DNA from: Felis catus
Lineage: Eukaryota
Direction of reading: 5' to 3'
DNA length: 64,000 bases
Assembly (NCBI RefSeq): GCF_018350175.1
Contig: NC_058368.1
Location: 223,264,001-223,328,000 of the forward strand
Below, piece by piece: positions 52,856 to 64,000 of this stretch. The translations under genes were made by a program, and so were the position numbers. The first letter of the stretch is position 1; every line of letters starts with the position of its first letter. The notes below the pieces were generated by a model. That model was not told the origin of the DNA. It worked only from the letters and a program-made list of their open reading frames with translations, and did not search any database.

Positions 52856-53191
52856 ATTCGGTGATAGGTAGAAATAATTTGAGAAGACATGGAGAAATTC
52901 AAAATATCTGTTACTCTGACATAAGCAGATAAGTAAGGAAAGGTTGCATTTGGTACCACCATTTTCTTCTATATTCATTTTCTAATTTTTGGAGTAATTT
53001 TAGCTAGACATATGAAGGGTAGAATCAGCCACATGAAAATTGGAAGTAATTTCATGATATTACCTATTGTAGTCAAATAGATCAGCATTGTGAATATCAT
53101 CTTACATTCTTATATATCTTCAGGACATTATCTTTCCTTCAATGTGTGTGATTTCAGGAATACATAAAATATAAAAATAAAACTTCATATA

Positions 53192-53318
53192 GGGGCACCC
53201 GGGTAGCTCAGTAGGTTGAGTATCCAACTCTGGATTTCAGCTCGGGTCATGATCTCACAGTTTGTGAGTTCGCGCCCCACACCGGGCTCTGTGCTGATAG
53301 TGCAAAGCCTCCTTGGGA

Positions 53319-53361
<43 letters not shown>

Positions 53362-53413
53362 TCCCCCACTCATGATGTCTCTTTCTCTCTCAAAATAAAT
53401 TTAAAAATTTTTA
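53192..53413 (+). mobile_element. Can-SINE
   Basis: Head ggggcacccgggtagctcag; ttcatata on both flanks. Confidence 0.9.
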
Positions 53414-54231
53414 ACAATTTCATATAAATATGCTTGAATCTAACAATAATAATTTGTCTTGAAACAGAAAAAAATAGTTATAACATGAATAGTAGTCCCT
53501 GCTTTATTTCCTTTATTTATTCTAGGTCAACATAGTAGGAATGTTCATACATGTATTTTGAATTATAAATAATAAAATGTTACTTATAATGACATAGTAT
53601 ATGACATTGCAAAGTTTACTAATACATACATGTCTCAGTATTTGGATAGCTTTCTTAATTTCCTGTGCAAAAGAAGCTAAGCGAAAAAGCAGGATTTTAT
53701 TGATACAGTATAATTTTCTTTTCCAGTATTTGTGTCTTTGGTTGTGACGGTCTTTGAAGTGAAAAACAAAGTATAATGTTAACCAAATCAAAGCATGCTT
53801 TTAAAAAGTTTTTCTGTAAAAAAATTTTACAGTTAAATATTCTAACTTGAAATTCGATATATTAATACTACTCTTGGAGCACAAACTCTGAATTAATTTG
53901 TCTATTTCTCATTTATTTCTTCACTCAAGAAATGTTTACTTATTAGCTACATTATGAGAGGCACCTCACAGGAGATGGCAATACATAGACATGGTGTGAG
54001 AACTAAAACAAAAAACAAAAAAACAAAAAAACAAAAAAACAAAAACAGAGAACTGACATAAAGGAAAACTGAAATGACACCTATATTAATAATTAGAATG
54101 CTGGTTTCTGTCATAGTAAGACAGGATGGTATAATGCTCTGGTAATTTAGAGAAGCACACAGTTCTATTGAACTATGGTATCCAGACTTGCAAGTGATGG
54201 GTTTGAGATTTTACCCGACTATCAATCTAAC

Positions 54232-54680
54232 ATGTTAGGCTGCCACAGTTTCATAGATGCTGACAGAAGATATGAGACTCAGGATCAGAGACAAAAGACT
54301 TTATTACCCATATCACAATTGGTGGTATGAGTTCCCCTTGCTCCTCACAACCCATGGGGTAACATGAAGCAGCCCAGGTACATGCCATACGCATAGTATC
54401 TATGGGTCATGACTAAGGAACTCTAAATTCTGGAATCCTCAGTCATATATTAGGTCTGCTAGCTGACCTCTTCAATCTTTGTCCTAAACGAAGACGTAAT
54501 CCAATCAGGCTTTCTGCCCCAAAGGGAGGGGGATGTTCTATCTTTCTTCCAAGGCTGTTTGCTATACATGTATCTGTGGGAAAAAAAAAAAAAAAAAATG
54601 ACAGCAGGTAAGCTGTCAATGCCACTCACTCAAACGATGTGCAGAAACATAAGAGACCCAAAGAGAATTGTTTTCCAAAA
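54232..54680. mobile_element. ERVL-type solo LTR (MER76-like)
   Basis: gatgctgacagaagatatgagactc...tcagagacaaaagactttattac...gatgtgcagaaacataagagacc. Confidence 0.55.
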
Positions 54681-55803
54681 CTAGAAGTCTTTGTGGAGAA
54701 ACACTCTTCAGTCTAGACCTCAGAGGGTAGGTATTACTGAATAAAATTTGGAGAGTAAGGCTCTTAAGGCAAAGAGAGAGGAATGAGCCATGTGAGGGAG
54801 TAAAGCCTGTGTGCAAACCTATTTTCATAACTTTCTACATGAAACTTAATAATCATTATTAATATTTACAATATTAATAATTCTAGCAGAAAAGCATAGT
54901 ATATAAAAGTTAATGCTTTCTGATTTATATATATATATATATATACTGTATTTTAGCGTGAGTCATATTTTGAGACAATTTTAAATACATATATCTAATT
55001 TTGTATACACATTTGTATACAAATATATAATTTTAAATATATTTATATATATATTTAAATATATACTTTAAGCAAATGCAGTTTATTATATCAAAACCTT
55101 GACTCCTGAAAAGGTCAGATTGAGATTGAAAATATTGATTTGGGTATCAACGTAGAGATAAAACTTGAAACAAACTTAGGTGAAGCCCTGCATAAATCTC
55201 TGTGGTTTATGAGAATTTGCATTTTGACTGTAAGCAAGAGCTCTATTTGACAAAGACTGAGAAGAGTAATTCTCCTAAACAGATGAATTACTAAGTGAGA
55301 GAGAGGGAGAGAGAGAGGAAACAAAAACAGAAGCAAAAACTAATAGAGAATTGAAACAATGGAGAGTGAAAGGCAGGAAGGTAAATCAAAACCTCAGAAG
55401 CCAGTGTCATCAGAAATTGATCAAGAGCTAGACAGAGAATGAGAGAAGGATACTGGTATCTTTGATCATTGGATCCAAAAATGATGGAAACCATAGCTGC
55501 AGCATCAGACATGTACCTGAGAATGCATCTTGCCAGCAATGGGAGTTATCCCTGTTATCACCAACCCACAGGATAATTTTGAGATTTTAGACCATCCTGA
55601 AGGTAAATACTCACTCAGAGACACACACACACAGATACAAAGATTGGTAAGTATTAAATAAATATTTATTACTCTTAAAAATGACTCTTGTTCAGTATTT
55701 GTAACTTTCGCCTAATATAAGCAACTCCAGAATTCGAACATAATATAAAGTCTCTTATATTTAAATCTGCCTGACAGTATTATAGCTTTAAATGATGAAT
55801 CTT

Positions 55804-56005
55804 GGGGCTCCTGAGTATCTCGGTGGGTTAAGCTTCAGACTCTTGATTTTGGCTCAGGTCATGTTCTCAGGGTTTGTGAAATGCAGTCCAATGTTGGGCT
55901 CCCATGCTGACAGTGCAGAGTCTGCTTGGGATTCTCTTTCCCTCTCCCATGGGCCCTGCCCCACTGGGCTGGTTCTCTCTGTCTCTGTCTCTCTCTCTCT
56001 TAAAA
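55804..56005 (+). mobile_element. Older Can-SINE
   Basis: gactcttgattttggctcaggtcatg...cttgggattctct. Confidence 0.85.
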
Positions 56006-59000
56006 TATTAAGTTGCATTGTTTCCAAGATGACACAAAGAAAAATTTTCTCATCTGATAGATTTACAGTTTTGATAGTTGGAAAGTCCCCCTTCTGTGTA
56101 TTGAGCATTATGTTCCCACCGCTGTGTACTTACTTCTTCAGGCAAGATGTCTTTATATAACTCAGTGAAAGTAATTCCAAAAAATATGGACTTTCTATCA
56201 TACTTTATCTTCTTTGACAGTTTCTTTTTAAGCTAGTTGTGCTCTATGCAATGTCAGATAAATTCCTAACATGTATCCTATAATGCTAGAGTTCAGATCC
56301 TGGTGGCAATTATAATTCTAGATTTTCTGAATACATGAAATATCTCATGTCACTCCTCACATACGAAGACTAGAAAGATAAATTCATGAAATAATGTCAG
56401 CAGAGTAGGTTTTTATAAAGACATTTTCAAAATAAAAAAGGACAAAGAAAGCTTTTCTTAAAAAAAAAGAAAGAAACAAAAGCCATTCTCTAGACCTCTT
56501 TAGAGTTCAAGGTTTGTAAGTTAAGAATGAATTGGTTAAAATATCCAGTCAAAGGCACAAGTTACAAGCATTAACATTTAGGAGAAATGTGAGAATCCAT
56601 TTCTCTGAGAATGTTGTTTCCTCAGAGCTCTCTGAAGGAATGCCTTCCTTCAGGAATGAAGGAATGCATTGAAGAGCTGTAAATGGCTATTTAATCTTGA
56701 GTGATGTAAGTCAGTGACAGTAAGGAAAGTTGTAAATAATACATAGTTATTAAATCATAAATTCAAATAATTAGATAGCTGAACATGCTCAAAGAGAATT
56801 CATTAAGAATCTTTATTCATAAATGAAAACTGTGAGGCTCAGAGAAAAACTGCTTACAAAATATGACAGTGTTCTACAAGATGAACATTTGAGGTCATGT
56901 CTCTGGACTCATAGTACACTGTTATTAACTCCACTTTGGAAGAGGGAGTATTTACAAAAGCAAGGGGCCACTCTCCGGAAGCAGTGTTGTTTCACTTAGC
57001 TTAAGTAACAGAACAATGGAGAGAGGTCTACATTAAACATTATTGCATTTAATGCATTATTTGGAAATTATGTCTTTATTGGAATGACAGTAATGCTTTA
57101 TGTCAGAGAAGGTTCTTGTTTTCAAGTAACATGTGGCAGCTTTGGCCATGGAAAGCAGCAGATAAATTTATTGGAGAAAGTATTTTTCAACCATCAAAAC
57201 TGGTGAGGGCTGAAGAATCTGGTTTGGGAAGTGGGAAGCAAAGGAAGTTAGACAGTAAGAAATAATGTCAAGTACTCACATTGAAACAGTAAAGCTAGAA
57301 TGACTCTTAAATTCATGCACCTGCCCCTGGACTCTCCCACAAGGCTGTTGGACTCACATCCACCACATTTGGACCTTGAGAACCTCACTAACACTGTGAA
57401 AAATTTCTCAGCTGTCTCTGCATTCATCCATCATTTGTTCCAGGGTATTGGAACATATAATTAACATGGCTGTGCCATTGGTATAAATTCTAACTAAAAG
57501 GCTGTAAGAAGAAAGTGTCAGGTCCCTAAGTTTTCAGAGGTGAAAAGGCTGTGCTTATCAGAACTCATATATTGGAGTCTTCCATGAGGGTAGGTAAGGT
57601 GTTTGTTTGAATGTCACTTAAAAAATGGCAGATGTCTGCAACATATTTCTACAGTGTTAGTTTCAATAAATGTTTTTTTTTATTATTTGTGTTTTAATTC
57701 TTTCTAGTCTATGCAGGGATGGATTTCTTGAAGTATAGCACAAGATTTTTATATTTGGAGTTCTGTCTTCTCAGAGTAAATGAGATTACTTGCAAAAGTA
57801 CAGTAGTAATGTTTACATTTGTTCTTTCACTCCACAGAGCCTTATTTATCACTTTGTAATTATCACAGTGAAGATTCTAAAGATACATATATAGATTAAA
57901 ATACATCTATATATTTTTGGAATGCCAGACTAGATCATTATTTTAAAGAACACACTCATGCTGCATATCTATAATGCATTACAAAAGCCACTTTCTTCAC
58001 TTTCGCTCATGAATTATGCTTTGTTAAACAACTTAGCATAAAGGGCAAAGATGTTAATTTCATTTAGAAATCACACCAAATGGTGTGAAATTATTAAGAT
58101 AACACCTTCTATATATTCATCAATTTGCCTTCTAAGAAGAAAGACTAAAGTTTCTTTTCTGAAGTCTGCGACTTGAAAATTAAGAGTCTTTAATAATTTA
58201 TTAGACTGGAAAGAATATTAAAATCAATGATTCAAAGCCACAAATTTTAGTTAAATGAGCAAAGTAAGACTTGAAAAACTTAGATGACTCATGTTTGTAC
58301 TATAAGTACATTGTTGGAAAAAAAAGTAAATCTGTTTTTTTTTATTTTATCTATTTATTTTTTTTTTTACTTTCTTTCCAGTGCTCTCACCATGCTGGAG
58401 CTATAATGGTATTTAAAAAAAAAAAAACTATGTTAGAGATTTTGAGTCATTTTAATTTAAATCAGTGAAAAATACATCTTTGCTTTCAGAGAATATTACC
58501 AACTTCAAGTTATATTCACTAGATAATGAAAATGAAATCCTAGTTCTATCGTATACGATCCTTGAACAACTGATAAATGAGCATTATCATTACCCAAATG
58601 TATGGGAAGACGTATTGATAGAGAAGAGTACCGTATTCTGAGTCTCATGTGAGATGTTTCACATTCCCTACTTGATAGAAACTTTTTTTCAGTTGTGTGA
58701 AAGAATTATGCTATGGCTAATTGTTTATATTCAATTTTTTAAGTCTTTATATTGATAAGTCAGCTACTTTATAATCGATTCAGCTCTACATTTCAGTTTG
58801 TGTTGATATACAGGGGTGAGCTTTATGAAATGAGAGTTATGCATCTAATATTTTTCTAGATAGAACAGCCATAACCTTGAATCCATGTTTCCTTCCAAAT
58901 AACTATTGAAACATACTTATAAAAATACCGCAAAACTTGCTACACCATTTCATGTTTTTGTAAAGTACTAATTTCAGGGTCAACTTTTTTTTTTTCCCCT

Positions 59001-60104
59001 CCCAAATCCTGCCTGTTTTTTTCTAGAAATATTTCGTAGGTTTTGCTTGACTGTCCCAATTGTACTAAAATCTGAGGCCAAGTCTTCGACATTTCTTATT
59101 TGAGAATCCAAGCATTTTCCCCTGATCTTTTTGCTACCATTCTTTTGTTCCTTTTACCTTTCTTTACATAGCTGCTAGAATTGTGGGTAATGTCATCCCC
59201 AAGCTTACAATCTGTCTTGCCTATATGTGAAGACCACACCCTAGAGTATTATCTGTAGGACTATCAAAATCCACGCAAACTATGCTTCAGCCAATTGAAG
59301 CTCTCTCACTCATACTCAGCCGTGCCAATCTGATCCCCATGTATGGACTGAGTTTAAGTTGCATACTTTTTTTTTTCAGCCATCTTTCTATCTGCTCTGC
59401 TTTATTTTTGCCTCTTGTGCTTGCTAAGCAATACAAGTACCTACCTACTTGATTGCTTTAATGATCTGTGACAGTTTTTCAACCCTAAAGTATTTTGAGT
59501 ATTTTGGTGAAGTTCAGCGAGTCACATGGAGCAGGTAATCCATGTATGTGTTGTGATTTTGCATCACATTTAACAAAAATAAAATAAACACAAAAACAAA
59601 AATTTGCATGTAGTAAGGAGTGCCTAATGGATCATATATTGGAAGAGATCATATAGCAAATGTGCACATTCTCATGGTCGGTTTCTGAGCATTTCTGCAG
59701 TCCCTAGGACTGCATTTCTGTTGTTTCCAAGGATTTGATACACACATAAATATATAATTATATAAATATAAAAATATGCATATATATGCACAAATATTCA
59801 AATATATACATTCTTTTAAAAGTAATATATATTTACAAAGAAATACATAAATATAAATATATATTAATTTGTTTTTAAGTATTGAGAATTAACAGTAAAG
59901 ATAAGAAGATCCTTGTAAAAATGTATGCAGGATACAAGCTTATGCATGACTATATGTATGCATGTTTGTGTGAATTGCAAAAAGAATTTGTATGTATTCT
60001 TTACACATCAGCATCATCCTACAAAATAATATAATTTGCATTCAGAGAAAATACTTAAAGCTACCATGTTTTGTAATATATATAATTTTCTCTCTATCCA
60101 TTAG

Positions 60105-60360
60105 GTACAAAATGGTTGCCTGTGTTCACTTACTGTGAAGATTTGGAATCAGACAACTACAGATTTGATTCTCCAAGTGTTTCAGGATGTAAATGTAGTC
60201 TGAGCTTTCCCTGATGGGCAGTTAAATCATGGACACGCTAAACAATTTACTTTGGACTGTCCTTCCAAAACATGCTCTGGCTTCTCTCTTGAATGCGCAC
60301 TAAGCATTTATAACTGACAAGGAAAAGAAAGAAGACGGTGAACTGGAAAGCTATCTTACA
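60105..60360 (+). other. CDH18: 5' UTR part of the first CDH18 coding exon
   Basis: Polypyrimidine tract plus AG acceptor (ttttctctctatccattag|g) ending at 60104, followed by non-repetitive sequence up to the ATG at 60361. Confidence 0.8.
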
Positions 60361-60588
60361 ATGAAAATTACGAGCACATCTTGTATCTGTCCAGTCCTCG
60401 TGTGTCTCTGTTTTGTGCAGAGGTGTTATGGAACTGCTCACCACAGCTCCATCAAGGTGACCAGAAACCAGACCAAACACATTGAAGGTGAAACCGAAGT
60501 CCACCATCGTCCCAAAAGGGGATGGGTTTGGAATCAGTTCTTTGTTTTAGAAGAACATATGGGACCCGATCCACAATATGTCGGAAAA
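60361..60588 (+). CDS. CDH18: Cadherin-18 (type II classical cadherin), first coding exon, aa 1-76: signal peptide, prodomain, start of EC1
   Basis: Translation [76 protein letters not shown] matches the CDH18 N-terminus as I recall it. It has an RPKR convertase site, the type II W2/W4 motif and a phase-0 donor AAA|GTAAGT at 60588/60589. Confidence 0.96.
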
Positions 60589-62407
60589 GTAAGTTTTTGT
60601 TTGTTTGTTTTTTCCTATTCTAGGAAATTATGATAAGATGAGGGTAGAGTTGAGTTGGATTTGAAAAGACATAGAAAGTAGAGGGAAATATGCTATAGAA
60701 TGGTATTACTTATAAAGGATGGTTCAAAATCATGATTGAAAAAAATAAAGTGTACCAGTCATGTCACATCTCCCTAAACATTGGTCCATACATGTTGAAC
60801 TGAATGTTCTTCACCACCGTATGACTCTTTACATTCTTTTGTGTAAAGTAGGAACACTGAATTGAACACATAATTGAGTGATTTTGTCTTTATCATCATG
60901 AAGGTATATTATAATTCACAAAGCCATTTACTGGTGCATTGGTATTTATATTTTTCAATCTATGGCTGATGCACATGAAACAATGTGCATCTATTATATT
61001 TCATGGCATCTAATATATTTTTGTTAATGGTCACACCGATTGTATTTGAATCTAAGCCACCTTTTAAAAGCACATGGATGTTTTTTCAATTCCCCATATT
61101 AATTTCCATAAAAATGCTGATATATTTTAAATATAGACTACATGTCCACAGGATGTATAGGTTTTGTTAAAATTCCGAAAGAGTGAAGTTGGTAAAATAG
61201 TCATAACTTTAGACCACCTTCCCTTTCTCATGAAAATACAAGACAGTTTAATCGTTTACCAAACCAATCAGGAGATTGTGTGTTCACTAATTGGGGACAG
61301 CTTCACCATGTGTCATGCAGGCTCCAGGGTAGAGAATAGAGCAGGAGGTGGAGAGACCTTCTGATGAATTACCGATCCTTGGAAGCAGCCACTTAGTTTA
61401 CTCAGTACCTCTGGGAGAAACAGTAAGCACAGCAGTAGAATCTCCATGACTGCAGGCTCAGTGAATTTCATCTCCCTGCTTGACTATTTATTTTCACTTT
61501 AACACTGTTAGTACTAAAAAAAAAAAAAAAAAATACTACTGCATCCAAGATCCAAGCCATAGTGCTTCCCTAATGTGTAGGCAGTACAGGATCACAAACC
61601 ATCTGCTTCGCCCCTGATCCAACAGGGACTGGGTTGCAGCTGTATTTCCATAGCCAGCAGGAGCTGAGGAGTCAGAATGTGGTACATAAGAAAAGATCTG
61701 AAACAATTCTGTCTTTTTCTTATATGCATATTAAAATGAGATGAAACAACTCATCTTCATCATTTATTTATTTCTACAAAGTATTCCACAAAGTAGATGA
61801 AAACAAATGTGCTAAAATTATGTATGTGTGTATACACACACACACACACACATATACACACATATATACACGTATATATTGAATTACTTGAAACTCGTGT
61901 TTTTATTATGAACTCCAGAATACTTTTCTGTAATTCTTTATTATCTTTGAGAAAAAGAAAAATTAAAAAAAAAAAAAACAGAAAAAATGTCCTCCCCCCT
62001 TTAGGAGTACCCAAAAAGGAAAATGTATTTTATTACTATAAATATTATGTTATGGATATTTCTTGTTATATCAATCCACGTGAAAAACAAAAAACAAAAT
62101 TTGCTGGAAAGGAAAAGATCGGGCGACTTTCATTTCCTCTTGGGTCGCCTCATCTAGTAAAAGATGAAGCCTTATTAGGTAGATCAATTTCAGACATTCT
62201 TTCTGGGCCTGGGTGCCAATGAGCATATGGTTGAGAGCTTGTTACCCATCAGGAGGCGGTAGAAGTCTGTGAAGCTATTCAAGCTGGTAGAGGTTCTGTG
62301 GAAATTGGTATCTGTTCTACTGTTTCTAGTATTGGTGGACAAATATAAATTGTTATACCCAAGGATGTGGTTCTCTTATTCCCTATCTGACCTGACCCCC
62401 TCACTTG

Positions 62408-62648
62408 GTCTTGTCTTGTCTTGTCTTGTCTTGTCTTGTCTTGTCTTGTCTTGTCTTGTCTTGCCCTGTCTTGTCTTTTCCTTTTTTCTTTTCTTTTCTT
62501 TTCTTTTCTTTTCTTTTCTTTTCTTTTCTTTTCTTTTCTTTTCTTTTCTTTTCTTTTCTCTTTTCTTTTCTCTTTTCTCTTTTCTCTTCCCTTCTCTTCT
62601 CTTCTCTTCTCTTCTCTTCTCTTCTCTTCTCTTCTCTTCTCTTCTTCC
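62408..62648. repeat. Compound pentamer tract (TCTTG)n-(TTTTC)n-(TCTTC)n
   Basis: Direct inspection. Confidence 0.97.
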
Positions 62649-63369
62649 TTTATGAGAAATTCTAACTTAATTGTACAGATTTCTTCCAGTCACCTGTCTC
62701 CATGTACATACATATGTCCTTATAAAAATACAAATATAACTGATTTTTAAGACTGCAAAGTTCAACGATCCATATGTGCTTAGAATAGTACGTGTTGTCC
62801 CATTACTTTAATTTGTTCAAGAAGTGAATTTATGTCTCGCATTTACAAATACATTCATATGGAAACAGCTATGTATTTTCATAGCACTTAGGAATAAAAA
62901 ATAGAATCATTACAATTACTATGAGTAGGAAAAGGAATTCCTCCAAAGAACTGAAAATTATGAACTTAGACCTTCTCTGACACAGAAATGTCAGCAGTTT
63001 TGTCATTAGAAATAATTAGTATTCATGCAATGGAGTTTTTGTATTAAAATAGTATTCTTATAGATGTATTATGTAAGTTTATTTTAAATTATCCTTGAGC
63101 TCTTGAATATAATCATATATACAGTTATATTTCACACTATAAAACAGCTTTATTAGACATTTGATTAGGGTTAAGCTCCTAAGTATTTTTATATACCAAC
63201 TTCTTATATATTTTTATGATACTTTTCTTAATATTTTTAATCAATGATTGAGTTAATATGAAGGTATTTATTTTGTTGACAGTAGTCAATATATATTGCT
63301 CACTACTAAGATGCTTATATGTGGCTGTGACCATGATCAAAGGACTATTTCTAATGGTAAATAGTATAA

Positions 63370-63370
63370 G

Positions 63371-63414
<44 letters not shown>

Positions 63415-63590
63415 TATATATGTGTATGTACATATATATGTGTATATATATATACACATACATATATATACACATATATGTATAATATATATACATACAT
63501 ATATACACATGTATAATATATACACATCATTATACATGCGTATAATTACATATACATATATGTATAATTGATAATTCATAATATATATAT
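63370..63590. repeat. (TA)n/(CATA)n-rich microsatellite
   Basis: Direct inspection. Confidence 0.95.
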
Positions 63591-64000
63591 TTTTTTCTGA
63601 TGGTAATGGCCATGAAAATCAGATACCATAACTAGCATGAATATATCTCATGTATTGGATCTCTAGGAATTGTTAAATACCTTTATATATCTCATAGATG
63701 TAAAGATTTTAAAAATAATTGAAGGATTAGAGTAAGAAAAATATTATAGCACACTGGTTAGAAAGTAAGTCCTTTTCTCCTGGAACAAATTATATAGTAA
63801 TGTCTATATAATTTTAAAACAGTAGTGTTTTTTCTTTCCAAAAATCATATAAAAACTTGATGTTTACATGAAAAATGCAGATTGAACCCCATTATGAGTG
63901 AGACTATAATTTTATATAAGATACCACACAAATTCTAAAGTTTATGCCATCCATAAATACCTGTCATTGGAGTAGATTCAATGTCTTCATGAGATATCAG

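Larger units (their letters stand above)
1..60104 (+). other. CDH18: Probable large CDH18 intron upstream of the first coding exon
   Basis: The exon begins at a splice acceptor, not a promoter. No CpG island is visible. L1 fragments are mostly antisense, as expected in an intron. Confidence 0.7.
60589..64000 (+). other. CDH18: CDH18 intron following the first coding exon (continues past window end)
   Basis: GTAAGT donor; no continuation of EC1 (expected LHSNSDKGDG...) in the ORF track before the window end. Confidence 0.85.

Noticed and set aside
285..53398. Family of similar 60-70 aa ORFs (MAQSVK...SLEPASDSVSPSLS)
   Set aside because: These are translations of Can-SINE bodies, mostly from GTG/TTG starts; they are not genes.
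60247..60507. 86-aa antisense ORF overlapping the CDH18 exon
   Set aside because: An open antisense frame is expected opposite coding sequence; no independent support.
60589..60633. C-terminal [14 protein letters not shown] of the 90-aa ORF as a short secreted CDH18 isoform
   Set aside because: It is read-through past a canonical GTAAGT donor into the intron, with no evidence of retention.
61797..63579. Long ORFs rich in Y/I/F/S/L
   Set aside because: Translations of microsatellites and low-complexity DNA.
1..64000. A novel multi-gene system, CRISPR array or prokaryotic-type locus
   Set aside because: The window is mammalian intron with one exon. The recurring units are dispersed SINEs with individual TSDs, not regularly spaced repeat-spacer arrays.

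Overview
AT-rich mammalian genomic DNA from a felid; the Can-SINEs are of the SINEC_Fc type and the youngest copies look like the Felis/domestic-cat subtype. The only real coding sequence is the first coding exon of cadherin-18 (CDH18, a type II classical cadherin) on the + strand: acceptor at 60104/60105, a 256-nt 5' UTR segment, ATG at 60361 and a GTAAGT donor after 60588. It encodes the signal peptide, the prodomain, the RPKR cleavage site and the start of EC1 (GWVWNQFFV). The rest is most likely CDH18 intron, packed with about 30 Can-SINEs, L1 fragments (mostly antisense), MaLR/ERVL/ERV1 solo LTRs, hAT DNA transposon relics, MIR/L2 and microsatellites. Essentially all other ORFs in the track are artefacts of these repeats. 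I find no support for a new multi-gene system. The most interesting local signals are: seven uATGs in the 256-nt leader, including a tandem ATG-TAA-ATG-TAG; a 66-bp templated insertion copied from 1.2 kb away; a candidate 117-nt alternative 5' UTR exon with consensus splice sites; and a closely spaced, near-identical inverted SINE pair. Repeat family names come from recalled consensus sequences, and repeat boundaries are approximate.
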